A stretch of DNA of 63,428 nt, filler included. It is 6 parts of 6 records of this genome, joined end to end, with 100 filler letters (N's around TTAATTAATTAA, not from the genome) between each part and the next. Parts side by side here need not be neighbours in the genome. Positions count along the whole stretch, not along the records: positions 48,597 to 56,643 come from DRR723986_2379; positions 56,744 to 63,428 come from DRR723986_2383; 4 more parts are not named here. One strand, 5' to 3'. The notes under the pieces are model-generated. The model was not told where the DNA came from and searched no databases. It was given only the letters and a program-made list of their open reading frames with translations. Shown in pieces: positions 48,597 through 59,141 of this stretch. How positions within the stretch are numbered: position 1 is the first letter of the stretch; every line of letters begins with the position of its first letter. The position numbers and the translations under genes were made by a program.

Positions 48597-49018
48597 TCAT
48601 GTTCACCGGCGACATCGTCGAATACCGCTCTGCCTGCTACTGCGGGGACGGGCATTTCGGCGACTGGGAAGACACGCTGATGAACATCGCGGACTTCGAG
48701 CCGAAAAGCATCGCACCGGGCCGGGGCGACGCCCTCGTGGGCCCCGAGATGGTGGCCAAGGCGCTGGAGAGCACGGCGGATTTCGTCCGCTCCACCTACC
48801 GCCCGGCGGCCAGGGTCGCGGCGCGCGGCGGTTCCTTGAAAGAGGCATGGGACGCGGTGCGCGCCGAATGCGACCCAAAGTTCCGCGACTACGCGATCTA
48901 CGAGCATTGCCTGCCGTTCAACGTCGCCCGCGCCTATGACGAGGCCCGCGGCATCGACACGCCGCGCGTCTGGACCGCGCAGCGCGACAAGGAGATGTGG
49001 GCGGCCCTGCAAGGGTAA
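48597..49018 (+). CDS. MBL-fold metallo-hydrolase, C-terminal fragment
   Basis: FTGDIVE...PGRG...IYEHCLPFNVARAYDE; precedes the FAD oxidoreductase and DUF2783 genes. Confidence 0.8.
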
Positions 49019-49051
49019 GGCGGGACGTCAGGCACGAGGAGGAGGCCGGAC

Positions 49052-50674
49052 ATGAAGCATGAGCCCCTGCAGGACCGCTACCAACTGGCCTTCCGGCTCT
49101 ACCCCTACGCGCGCTGCGTCGAGCAGGACGCCGACGCGCCCGCGCGCCATCCGGTCGTCGTCATGGGCGGCGGCCCGATCGGGCTGGCCACCGCGCTCGA
49201 CCTCGGGCTTCAGGGCATTCCGGTCGTTCTCCTCGACGACCATGAAGGCGTGGGGCAGGGCAGCCGCGCCATCTGTTTTGCCAAGCGCACGCTGGAGATC
49301 GCCGCGCGCTACGGTTGCGCCGGGCCGATGATGGAGAAGGGCGTGGTGTGGAACCTCGGCAAGGTCTTCCACGCCGACCGAAAGGTCTTCGAGTTCAACC
49401 TCCTGCCCGAGGGCGGCCACCGCTTTCCCGCCTTCATCAACCTGCAGCAGCCCTATTTCGAGAAGTTCCTCGTGGACCGGATACGCGAGGCGCAGGCGCA
49501 GGGCGCGCCCATCGACCTGCGTGGCCGCAACCGCGTCGATGCGGTGACGGTCCATGAGGACCACGCCTCGCTCGAGATCGCCACCCCCGACGGATCCTAC
49601 CGGCTGGAGGCGGACTGGCTGATCGGTTGCGACGGCGCCTCCAGCCCGCTGCGCCGGATGATGGGGCTGGACTTCGAAGGGCGCGTCTTCAAGGACAGCT
49701 TCCTGATCGCCGACATCCGCATGAGGGGCGCGCAGGACTTTCCGACCGAACGCTGGTTCTGGTTCGAGCCAAGCCACGGCGCCGGGGCCTCGACCCTGCT
49801 GCACCGCCAGCCCGACGACACATGGCGCGTGGATTTCCAGATCGGCTGGGACGTGGACCGCGCCGAAGAGTTGAAAGAGGATAACGTCCGCCGCCGACTC
49901 GACGCGATGTTCGCGGGGAAGATCGACTACGACCTCGTCTGGACCTCGATCTACACCTTCCAGTGCCGCCGGATGACGCGGTTCCGCCATGGCCGGGTGC
50001 TCTTTGCGGGGGATTCGGCGCATCAGGTCTCTCCCTTCGGGGCGCGCGGGGCGAATTCGGGCGTTCAGGACGTCGACAACCTTGGCTGGAAGCTGGGGAT
50101 GGTCCTGCGCGGCGAGGCGCCGGAACGGCTGCTCGACAGCTACGACGCAGAACGGCGGCACGGCGCGGACGAGAACATCCTGAACTCCACCCGCGCCACC
50201 GATTTCATCACGCCCAAGTCCGGCATCAGCCATGTTTTCCGCAATGCCGTGCTGGACCTTGCCGAAGACCACGCCTTTGCGCGGCCACTGGTGAACTCCG
50301 GGCGGCTGTCCGTGCCCTGCGTCTACGACGGCGGACCGCTGAACACGCCCGATGCGCTGCCCGGCGGGCCCGACCGGACGCGCCCCGGTGCGCCATGCCC
50401 CGATGCGCCGCTGGGGCAGGGCTTTCTGCTCGATCACCTCGGCGGGCGCTTCCTGCTGCTGAGCCTCGGCGTCGAGCTTCCGCAACAGGACCTGCCGCTG
50501 GTGCAGGCGACGCCGCAGGACGACCCCTCGGGCGCGCTGATCGACCGCTACCAGGGTAAGGCGCCCGCCGCGCTCTACCTGATCCGCCCCGACCAGCACG
50601 TCGCCGCGCGCTGGGACCGCTACGACGCGGGTGCCGTGCAGGATGCCCTGCGCCGCGCCCGCGCGGAGGACTGA
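49052..50674 (+). CDS. FAD-dependent aromatic monooxygenase/oxidoreductase (MhpA-like)
   Basis: GGGPIG, GCDGASS, GDSAHQVSPFGARGANSGVQD, LIRPDQHV. Confidence 0.9.
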   Translation: MKHEPLQDRYQLAFRLYPYARCVEQDADAPARHPVVVMGGGPIGLATALDLGLQGIPVVLLDDHEGVGQGSRAICFAKRTLEIAARYGCAGPMMEKGVVWNLGKVFHADRKVFEFNLLPEGGHRFPAFINLQQPYFEKFLVDRIREAQAQGAPIDLRGRNRVDAVTVHEDHASLEIATPDGSYRLEADWLIGCDGASSPLRRMMGLDFEGRVFKDSFLIADIRMRGAQDFPTERWFWFEPSHGAGASTLLHRQPDDTWRVDFQIGWDVDRAEELKEDNVRRRLDAMFAGKIDYDLVWTSIYTFQCRRMTRFRHGRVLFAGDSAHQVSPFGARGANSGVQDVDNLGWKLGMVLRGEAPERLLDSYDAERRHGADENILNSTRATDFITPKSGISHVFRNAVLDLAEDHAFARPLVNSGRLSVPCVYDGGPLNTPDALPGGPDRTRPGAPCPDAPLGQGFLLDHLGGRFLLLSLGVELPQQDLPLVQATPQDDPSGALIDRYQGKAPAALYLIRPDQHVAARWDRYDAGAVQDALRRARAED

Positions 50675-50677
50675 CCG

Positions 50678-50875
50678 ATGCCCCTGACCACCGCGCCCAA
50701 CATCCCGGACCCCGATGCCTTCTACGCCGAGCTGATCGCCACCCATGACGGGCTGGACGACGCGGCGAGCGCGGCGCTGAACGCGCGGCTCATCCTGCTT
50801 CTGGCGAACCACATCGGCGACCGCTCCGTTCTGACGCAGGCCTTGCAAGCCGCACGCGCCGCCGGGCGGGGCTGA
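50678..50875 (+). CDS. DUF2783 family protein
   Basis: PDAFYAELI..HDGL...NARLILLLANHIGD. Confidence 0.88.
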   Translation: MPLTTAPNIPDPDAFYAELIATHDGLDDAASAALNARLILLLANHIGDRSVLTQALQAARAAGRG

Positions 50876-50985
50876 CGGCAAACCGCCCATGTTTGCGGCA
50901 GAGGCGGCCCGGTACCGCCTGTGCCGGGCGTCCGGCTGCGGATAATCCTTGCCGACGGCCGCGGCCTGCCCCTATCAGCAGAACA

Positions 50986-51080
50986 GGCGGCAACGGCGTC
51001 GCCACATCCCAAACGAGTGGGAGATCCCCGGGCAAGGCTGCCTGACCCGCATGGCGAGCGCCATGTGTGTGTCGGTGGCC
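50986..51080 (+). promoter_or_regulatory. ANTAR-type dual-hairpin RNA leader
   Basis: GGCGGC-AACGGC-GTCGCC and GGGC-AAGGCT-GCCT (hexaloops with A1/G4); an alternative long stem 51036-51080 overlaps the second hairpin. Confidence 0.65.
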
Positions 51081-51107
51081 GTTCACTGCATTCCGAATGA
51101 GGCTCTC

Positions 51108-52487
51108 ATGAAGACGTTTCCGATGTTCCTTGCGATGGCGGGCCGCCGCGTCGTGCTCTGTGGCGGTGGCGAAGAGGTGGCGCGCAAGGCCCGCCTGATC
51201 CTGAAGACGGAGGCGCAAATCCGCATCCTCGCCGAGGGTATGGAGCCCGAGTTGCAGGCGCTCGTCGCCTCGGGCCGCGCCGATCACCATGCCGCGCTGG
51301 CCCCCGATACCTTCGACCGGGCCGCGCTGGTCTTCGTCGCGACCGGCTGCATTGCGCTGGATGCGGCGCTGGCCGACCTCGCGCGGCGGGCGGGCGCGGT
51401 GGTCAACGTGATCGACCGGCCCGAGATGTGCGACGCCTTCACGCCCTCCATCGTGGATCGCGACCCGGTGGTGGTGGCCATCGGGACAGAGGGCGCGGCC
51501 CCGGTCCTTGGCCGTCGCATCAAGACAGAGATCGAAGCGATGCTCCCGCCGCAACTTGGGCCCTTCGTGGCGCTGTGCGGGCGGCTGCGCGAGGCGGTGG
51601 CGCGGGCCATTCCGCAGCGGCGCCGCCGGGCCTTCTGGGAGTGGGCCTTCGATGGCGAGCCTTTCCGCGCCCATCTCGCGGGCCGCGAACGCGCCGCCGC
51701 GACCCTGCTGAAGGACGCCATCTCCGGCGGCTGCGCGCCCGAGGCCTCGGGCCATATCGCCCTTGTCGGGGCCGGGCCGGGGGCGCGTGATCTGCTGACG
51801 CTGCGCGCCGTGCAGCGGCTGCAACAGGCGGATGTGATCTTCTACGACCGGCTGGTCGACCCCGAGGTGCTGGAACTGGCCCGCCGCGATGCCGACCGGG
51901 TCTATGTGGGCAAGGCTGTCGGGGCCTCGGCATGGCCGCAGGAGCAGATCGACCGGCTTATCGTGGCCGAGGCCGCCAAGGGCCGCCGCGTGGTCCGGCT
52001 GAAATCCGGCGATCCCTCGATCTTTGGCCGTGCCGCCGAGGAACTGCAGGCCGCCCGCGCCGCCGGGATCGCGGTCGAGATCGTGCCGGGCATCACCGCC
52101 GCCTCTTCCGCCGCCGCCAGCCTTGGTCGCCCCCTGACGGAGCGCGGAGAGACCGACACGCTGGTCATCACCACCGGAACCTGCCGCCCCGGTGACGCCG
52201 ATCCCGACCGACACAGCCTTGCGCGCCCCGGCACGGCAACGGCCTTCTACATGGGCGTCGACAAGGCCCCGCAGATCCGCCGCGACCTGCTGGCCGCCGG
52301 TGTGCCGGGGGCTTGCCCGGTCGAGATCGTCAGCCATGCCAGCACGACGCGGGAACGGCGGGCCGCGACCACTCTGGACGCCCTGTGCGACACCATCCGG
52401 GCCGAGGGTATCACCAGCCCGGCAATACTTTTTCTGCGCTATCCCAAGAGCATGGCGGGCGAAGCTCAGGTGCGGATGACTGCCTGA
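51108..52487 (+). CDS. cysG: siroheme synthase
   Basis: GGGEEVARK, FTPSIVDRDP, LVGAGPG.RDLLT, RLKSGDPSIFGR. Confidence 0.94.
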   Translation: MKTFPMFLAMAGRRVVLCGGGEEVARKARLILKTEAQIRILAEGMEPELQALVASGRADHHAALAPDTFDRAALVFVATGCIALDAALADLARRAGAVVNVIDRPEMCDAFTPSIVDRDPVVVAIGTEGAAPVLGRRIKTEIEAMLPPQLGPFVALCGRLREAVARAIPQRRRRAFWEWAFDGEPFRAHLAGRERAAATLLKDAISGGCAPEASGHIALVGAGPGARDLLTLRAVQRLQQADVIFYDRLVDPEVLELARRDADRVYVGKAVGASAWPQEQIDRLIVAEAAKGRRVVRLKSGDPSIFGRAAEELQAARAAGIAVEIVPGITAASSAAASLGRPLTERGETDTLVITTGTCRPGDADPDRHSLARPGTATAFYMGVDKAPQIRRDLLAAGVPGACPVEIVSHASTTRERRAATTLDALCDTIRAEGITSPAILFLRYPKSMAGEAQVRMTA

Positions 52488-52557
52488 CCACGCGCCGTTT
52501 CGTTGGGTGCAGCGGATACGCGGGATCGCCCTAGGCCAAGCCGGCGCCCGACCGACC

Positions 52558-54597
52558 TCAGCCGCGCCTGCGGCGCCTGCGGCCGCCGTCCTCGCCGCCG
52601 CCGGTGTTGAAGCTGACCTGCGGCAGCGTCACGATCTTCGCCAGTTCCGGGAAGGGGTCGGTGGCGTGCGGGATGGCGTTGGCGGCGACGAAATGCTCTT
52701 GAAAGCGCGGCTCGATGGCGGTTTCGACCTTGGTGATCTCGCGCACCGTGCGTTCGATCTCGCGCCGGGCCGCAAGGTTGCACAGTGCAATGCGCGCGCC
52801 GGTGCCCGCGGCGTTGCCGGCGGAAACCACCCGGTCCAGCGGCACGTCGGGGATCATGCCAAGGATCATCGCGTGTTTCGGGCTGATATGCGCGCCGAAG
52901 GCGCCCGCCAGCACGACCTTCGACACCCGGTCGACGCCGCGCTCGTCCATCAAGAGCCGCGCGCCCGCATAAAGCGCTGATTTCGCAAGCTGGATCGCGC
53001 GGATGTCGCCTTGGGTCACGGTGATGCGGGGGCCGCCCTCGGCGCTGCCGTCGTGGATCAGGTAGGCGTGGGTCCGGCCCTCGGCCACGCAGCGCTCGGT
53101 GCCGGTCTGCGCGGCGGAGCCGATGAGGCCCGAGGGGTCGAGCAGGCCCGCCGCGCGCATCTCGGCCACCGCCTCGATGATGCCGGATCCGCAGATGCCT
53201 GTGACGCCGGTGGTCGCCGTGGCCTCGGCAAAGCCCGGCTCGTCGGACCAGATCTCGCAGCCGATGACGCGGAAGCGCGGCTCTTTCGTCTCGGGGTCGA
53301 TCCTCAGCGCCTCGATGGCGCCGGGCGCGGCGCGCTGCCCGCTGGAAATCTGCGCCCCTTCGAAGGCCGGGCCGGTGGGCGAGGAACAGGCCAGCGTGCG
53401 GGTCGTGTCGCCCAGCAGGATCTCGGCATTGGTGCCGACGTCGACGATCAGCGTCAGTTCCTCGGCCTTGCCGGGCTGCTCCGACAGCGCCACGGCTGCG
53501 GCATCGGCCCCGACATGCCCGGCGATGCAGGGCAGGATATAGACCCGGGCCGAGGGGCGCTGCACCCGCAGCCCGAGGTCCGCCGCCGAGAGGTCCAGCG
53601 CGTCCGAGGTCGCCAGCGCGAAGGGCGCCTGACCCAGTTCCACCGGGTCGATGCCCAGAAGCAGGTGGTGCATCACCGGATTGCAGACGAAGACCGTTTC
53701 GAGGATCAGCGCGGGGTCGACGCCGGCCTCTGCCGCGATGGCCGTGGTCAGATCGTCGAGCGCCTCGCGCACCACGCGGGTCATTTCCGCCGCGCCGCCG
53801 GGGTTCATCATGGCGTAGGAGACGCGGGACATGAGGTCTTCGCCAAAGCGGATCTGCGGGTTCATGATCCCCGAAGAGGCGACGACCGCCCCGGTGTCGA
53901 GGTCCGTCAGATGCGCCGCGATGGTGGTGGAGCCAAGGTCGATGGCCAGCCCGAAGATCCCGCCCTCGTGCAGGCCCGGCCATGCGGCGATCAGCCGGGG
54001 CGGGGCGTCTATGTCGGATTTGTGCAAGGCGACGGTGACTTTCCAGCCACCCTTGCGCAGGATCGGTTGCAATCCGGACAATGTGGAAAAGTCTGTGGAT
54101 ATCTCGGGGATATCCCATTGCGCCGCCAGCGCGCGCGTCAGCCGCTCGAGGTCGCCGGTGGGCTCGTGCATGTCGGGCTCTTCGACCTCGACGTAGTAAA
54201 GCCGCGTCGCGGGGTCCATCGCGATCTCGCGGGCAGAGGCGGCCTTGCGCACCACCTGCCGATGCACCTGGCTTTCGGGGGGCACGTCGATGACCACGTC
54301 GCCCAACACGGTGGCCTGACAGCCGAGGCGGCGCCCCGGCTTCAGCCCGCGCTTGTCCTGATAGCGTTGCTCGACCGCGTTCCATTCCGACAGGGCGGTT
54401 TCGGCCACATGCACGCCGTGCTTGGGGAAGTCGCCGTAAGAGGGCGTGATCTGGCATTTGGAGCAGATGCCGCGCCCGCCGCAGACCGAATCGAGGTCGA
54501 CCCCAAGCTGCCGGGCGGCGGTCAGCACCGGGGTGCCCACGGCGAAGCGCCCGCGCTTGCCGGAGGGGGTGAAGATCACGAGGGGGTCTTGGGTCAT
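52558..54597 (-). CDS. 2Fe-2S/ASKHA-domain corrinoid reductive activator (RamA/RACo-like, DUF4445)
   Basis: CGGRGICSKC...RLGCQ ferredoxin; DLGSTT, DVGTNAE, TGPAFEG, GICGSG, AGAFG. Confidence 0.9.
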   Translation of the reverse strand: MTQDPLVIFTPSGKRGRFAVGTPVLTAARQLGVDLDSVCGGRGICSKCQITPSYGDFPKHGVHVAETALSEWNAVEQRYQDKRGLKPGRRLGCQATVLGDVVIDVPPESQVHRQVVRKAASAREIAMDPATRLYYVEVEEPDMHEPTGDLERLTRALAAQWDIPEISTDFSTLSGLQPILRKGGWKVTVALHKSDIDAPPRLIAAWPGLHEGGIFGLAIDLGSTTIAAHLTDLDTGAVVASSGIMNPQIRFGEDLMSRVSYAMMNPGGAAEMTRVVREALDDLTTAIAAEAGVDPALILETVFVCNPVMHHLLLGIDPVELGQAPFALATSDALDLSAADLGLRVQRPSARVYILPCIAGHVGADAAAVALSEQPGKAEELTLIVDVGTNAEILLGDTTRTLACSSPTGPAFEGAQISSGQRAAPGAIEALRIDPETKEPRFRVIGCEIWSDEPGFAEATATTGVTGICGSGIIEAVAEMRAAGLLDPSGLIGSAAQTGTERCVAEGRTHAYLIHDGSAEGGPRITVTQGDIRAIQLAKSALYAGARLLMDERGVDRVSKVVLAGAFGAHISPKHAMILGMIPDVPLDRVVSAGNAAGTGARIALCNLAARREIERTVREITKVETAIEPRFQEHFVAANAIPHATDPFPELAKIVTLPQVSFNTGGGEDGGRRRRRRG

Positions 54598-54745
54598 GGC
54601 CTTGCCTGTCACGTCGCCTTGGCCGCGACCATAGCGGTTGCGGCGGCGGGGGGAAGGCAGGAAGGCGGCATCCGGCGGTCGCTTTGCGTCGGACGCCGCC
54701 GGGCCGGAGGGCGGGACGGCGCGCGGTCTGCGCCCCGCCTCGGGA

Positions 54746-55195
54746 TCAGGGTTTCACGTAGGTATAGCCCATCTGCTGCAGCCGCGAGAGCTCTGCCACG
54801 CCCGAGGGAACGATGTCCTCTTCCCAGACGTCGTAGAGGTCCTCGTCGTAGTCGATGTCGCGCCCGGTCAGCGTGTTGTTGCAGACGTGGAATTTCACGT
54901 TCTGCCCCTTGAGGGAGCCGATGGCGGTCTGCAGCTGGTCGTCCTCCACGGCGTTCATCACCAGACCCACGCCGTTGCCGTGCATGACCACGACCACCTC
55001 GAGGTTCTCGGCGCCCACGGCGTTGATGTGGTTCTGGATGTTGCGCAGGGCGCCCTTGTAGGCGCGGCTCTCTTCGCCGCCGTTGCCGTTGACGTGATAG
55101 ACGACCTTCTGCTGGCCGTAGCGTTCGTCGGCATGGGCCCCGAGGGCCAGCAGACCGAGGAAGAGCGCGGCAAGCGCCCGGGTGATGATGGTCAT
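54746..55195 (-). CDS. secreted DsrE-family protein
   Basis: Signal peptide; KVVYHVN, VVMHGNG, VCNNTL, VPSGVAEL...GYTYVKP. Confidence 0.88.
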   Translation of the reverse strand: MTIITRALAALFLGLLALGAHADERYGQQKVVYHVNGNGGEESRAYKGALRNIQNHINAVGAENLEVVVVMHGNGVGLVMNAVEDDQLQTAIGSLKGQNVKFHVCNNTLTGRDIDYDEDLYDVWEEDIVPSGVAELSRLQQMGYTYVKP

Positions 55196-55365
55196 GATAT
55201 CCTCCCTTCGGGGGCGGGGCCCCGGTTGTGGACGCCATGGCGCCCTGTCCCCGATCCTCGCCGAATGTGGGGGCGTGTCAACGTCTGCGCCCTGTCGGGG
55301 ACGGTGGCCCGCCGATGTGCCGCGGGGGGAAGCGGACAGAGGTCGCGGCCGTGGGGCGCGTCGGC

Positions 55366-56514
55366 TCAGCCCTGCTCCAGCCAGCGCAGGATCTCTCCGC
55401 GGTTGCCGTCGAGATCCGGCGCAGGCGCGCGCGAGGTCGGGTCGGGCGCGTCGCTCATCTTGATCGGGTTGCCCGCCGCCTTGAAGGCCTGCCGACCGTT
55501 CCGGTCGAGCACGTCCACCACCATGTTGCGCGCAAGGATCTGCGGGTCCTTCAGCACCTGGTCGATGCCCTGGATCGGTCCGGTCGGAATGCCCGCAGCG
55601 GTCAGCCGCCCGATCCAATGCGCCCGCGTGTCGCCCAGCGTGACCGCCTCGATCAGCCGCTTCAGCAGCCGCGCGTGTTTGCAGCGCTCGGGGTTGGTGG
55701 CAAAGCGCGGATCGTCCGCAAGCGGCAGGTTCAGCGCGATGCAGAGCTTCTCGAAGAGGCGGTCGTTGCCGGCGGCGATCACGAAGAGCCCGTCCGAGGC
55801 ATGGAAGGTCTCGAAGGGCGTGATCGAGGGATGGCGCGCGCCCGAGGGCCCGGGCGCCTGTCCGGTGACCGTGGTCAGCGCCACCGCGTGTTCGAGGATC
55901 GCAAGCTGGCTGTCCAGCATCGCCACGTCGATCTTGCGTCCGATGCCGGTGCGCTCGCGGTCCAGAAGGGCGGCAAGGATGCCCTGACACAGGTACATGC
56001 CCGCGACGATATCTCCGATCGAGGCGCCGACGCGCACCGGCTCGCGGCCCTTCTCTCCGGTGATCGACATCACCCCGCCGCGCGCCTGCACCACCATGTC
56101 GTAGGCCGGGCGCTTCGAATCGGGGCCGGTATGCCCGAACCCCGAGACCGCGCCGTAGACCAGTTGCGGAAAGGCCGCATGCAGGTCGTCCCAGCCGTAG
56201 CCCAGCCGCTCCATCACGCCGGGGCGGTAGTTCTCGACCACCACATCGGCGCGCGCGAGCAGCTTCTCGAAGGTTCGGCGGTCGCCGTCCTCCTTGAGGT
56301 TCAGCGCGATGGATTTTTTGCCGTGGTTGATGGCGGCGAAATAGGCGGACCGCCCGTCCTTGAAGGGCGGAAAGGTCCGGGTGTCGTCGCCGGTTCCGGG
56401 CTGTTCGACCTTGATGACCTGCGCGCCCATGTCCGCGAGGGTCATGGTGCAGAAGGGGCCTGCCAGCACATGGGTCAGGTCGAGGATGGTGTAACCGTAT
56501 AGCGGCGCGGTCAT
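55366..56514 (-). CDS. CaiB/BaiF family III CoA transferase
   Basis: DLTHVLAGPF...LADMGAQVIKVE, ADVVVENYRPG, SGFGHTGP. Confidence 0.94.
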   Translation of the reverse strand: MTAPLYGYTILDLTHVLAGPFCTMTLADMGAQVIKVEQPGTGDDTRTFPPFKDGRSAYFAAINHGKKSIALNLKEDGDRRTFEKLLARADVVVENYRPGVMERLGYGWDDLHAAFPQLVYGAVSGFGHTGPDSKRPAYDMVVQARGGVMSITGEKGREPVRVGASIGDIVAGMYLCQGILAALLDRERTGIGRKIDVAMLDSQLAILEHAVALTTVTGQAPGPSGARHPSITPFETFHASDGLFVIAAGNDRLFEKLCIALNLPLADDPRFATNPERCKHARLLKRLIEAVTLGDTRAHWIGRLTAAGIPTGPIQGIDQVLKDPQILARNMVVDVLDRNGRQAFKAAGNPIKMSDAPDPTSRAPAPDLDGNRGEILRWLEQG

Positions 56515-56643
56515 CGGGGCCTCCGGGTGGTCTTTGCTGCTCTTGCACAACAAGACCGTGACAGCGGCGCGACGGCAAGCGGATATGACCGGGCGGGCGG
56601 TCCCGTGCCGGAGGTGGCGCGGGGATGCGGCGACGGACCGGGG

Positions 56644-56743
56644 NNNNNNNNNNNNNNNNNNNNNNNNNNNNNNNNNNNNNNNNNNNNTTAATTAATTAAN
56701 NNNNNNNNNNNNNNNNNNNNNNNNNNNNNNNNNNNNNNNNNNN
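56644..56743. other. artificial contig spacer
   Basis: 44N-TTAATTAATTAA-44N. Confidence 0.98.
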
Positions 56744-57294
<551 letters not shown>

Positions 57295-57782
57295 TCATGT
57301 GTGGGGCTGGGTGTTGCGGGTGTGGTTTGGAAGGCGAAAGGGGATCACGTCTGTCCACGAGAAGCGGCGACGGCCGTCTGTGCGAGGCTGGGAAAGCTGA
57401 CCATCGCCGTGCAGACTGTAAACTGGTGGTTTGCGGACAAAGCGCCAATTCGCTGCGGTTGCGCCGACGACCGCTTTGCTGACAACCGTAATCTGGATCA
57501 TTTAGGTCGCCCTGGAGACGCAATAGAGTTAGTGCGAGTGCCCAAACCTGTACAAGTCCACACAAGAAATAGCATTTATCATCGATAAAACGGTGATCTT
57601 AGCGCAATACGCAAACATCGCGCCAAGCGCGTGAAATTCTTTGCATCAAAGCGAAGCCAAACCTTGCGTTTGACGAAGCAACGCAAGAGCGTTCATGAGG
57701 GAAAAGGTCGACATTAGCCGTTGTTCCGGATCGGCACGGAGGTCTGCGGGCGGGCGCAGGCGCGACTGCATATAGTGAGAGT

Positions 57783-58144
57783 TCATGAAGGTGATGATGG
57801 AATTGCATTGAGAACCGCGAGGATTTCTTCGCGTACACGAGTAGCGGCTTTGTAACGGCTACCCATCGTATCATGGCCGTAGGCGCGCCGGGCATTGTCA
57901 ATATGGGCAAGTGCATCTCTCAAGCGAATCTCCGGATGGAATGTTGCGTTCTGCGTGACTAGCCGTATTTGAAGGTGCGCCAGCCCAAACTGGGTGTCGG
58001 CCCAATCTGCTGGGTGGTGCGTTTCAGAACACACCCTCAGGGTGGCGCGATAGCATTCTCCAGCCTCAGTTAATTGTTTAATTCCCTCCACAACTTTGCT
58101 TCGAGTGCTCAGTTCGCCGAGTGCCGAAGCGAGGTTTCGTAGTG
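57783..58144 (-). pseudogene. C-terminal remnant of a TPR-repeat protein, cut by the IS
   Basis: Frame open from the IS junction: TLRNLASALGEL...ECYRATLRVCSETHHPADWADTQFGLAHL; no N-terminal part recognisable on the other side of the IS. Confidence 0.6.
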
Positions 58145-58146
58145 TA

Positions 58147-58997
58147 GGTCATGTTGACAAATGGCGGAGCCAGAGGCGGGTCGACGTGATGTCGATGAAG
58201 CCCAGGAAGCTCTCTGCGGTCTTGTCATAGCGGGTGGCAACGCGGCGGGCATTCTTGAGCTTGTTGAAGCACCGCTCAACCAGGTTGCGCATCCGGTAGA
58301 GAGAACGGTCGACGCCGACGCGCGTCTTGCGTGATTTCCGCATCGGGATGACAGGCAAAGCGTCCCGCTTGTCCATGGATTTTCGAATGCTGTCAGCGTC
58401 ATAGCCTCGGTCGGCCAGCAGGGCGCTCGGTGCTGGCAGATTATCGGCCATGACCAAATCGAAGCCAAGATAGTCCGATGTCTGGCCCGGCGTTATCTCC
58501 GTCCTCATGGGCAGCCCTGCGGCATTGACGAGGAGATGGATCTTGGTCGTGAAGCCACCACGAGAACGCCCGAAACCCTGTCGCGGAGTCCCCCTTTAGC
58601 GCCCGCTGCCTGATGATGAGCGCGGACCACGGTGCTGTCGATCATTTGAAGGGCGTGTGGGACCGCGCCGCTCTGGTTCAGGGCGTCCATGATGTCCTCC
58701 CACAACCCTGCCAGCGTCCAGCGCCGGAATTGACGGTAAACGCTCGACCATTTTCCGAACTCTTCAGGCAGATCGCGCCGAGGAGCGCCCGTCCGCGCGA
58801 TCCAGAAAACGCCATCAAGAACAAGGCGGTGGTTAGTGGGTTTGCGCCCATTCGGTGCTCGGACAGCCAGGATGAAACGTTCAAAAAACGCCCATTCCTC
58901 GTCCGACATCAGGTCTCGTGCCAAGCTGGTCTCCATCGTAGATACCAGCTTGAATCACGCTCAACGCGCGATGTGAATCCCTTTTGTCAACACGGCC
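58147..58997 (-). mobile_element. IS5-family (IS427-group) insertion sequence, 851 bp
   Basis: Terminal IRs GGTCATGTTGACAAA / GGCCGTGTTGACAAA (13 of 15 match), TA on both flanks (58145-6, 58998-9), two-ORF transposase. Confidence 0.92.
58149..58936 (-). CDS. IS5-family transposase, orfA/orfB joined by a -1 frameshift
   Basis: orfA ...IDSTVVRAHHQAAGAKG; AAAGGGGG at 58597-58590; -1 frame gives GRSRGGFTTKIH...LADRGYD...RNLVERCFNKLK..RRVATRYDK. Confidence 0.9.
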
Positions 58998-59141
58998 TAG
59001 ATCTTGAGGTCCCTATCGATTGAGGTAGCGAAAGCCAATTTTGCGTTCCAGCCGATGACTGATGCTATTGCACTTGCAGCGAAGGTCCGGTTCCCGCCGA
59101 ATCCAGATTCTTTCCGCCGCGCGGCTTGGTCCCGGACCGGT

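Noticed and set aside
30445..56578. Many long overlapping or antisense ORFs (e.g. 41246-42790, 49028-50890, 52466-54457, 53011-54912)
   Set aside because: Shadow frames of real genes in high-GC DNA; Arg/Pro/Gly-rich with no family motifs.
54746..56578. 610-aa ORF suggesting a long N-terminal extension on DsrE
   Set aside because: The extension is an alternative frame of the CoA transferase; DsrE has its own GGGAGG RBS, ATG at 55195 and a signal peptide.
12478..56743. Five identical N-flanked TTAATTAATTAA motifs
   Set aside because: Assembly/concatenation linkers. Adjacency across them has no biological meaning, and ORFs running into X are artefacts.
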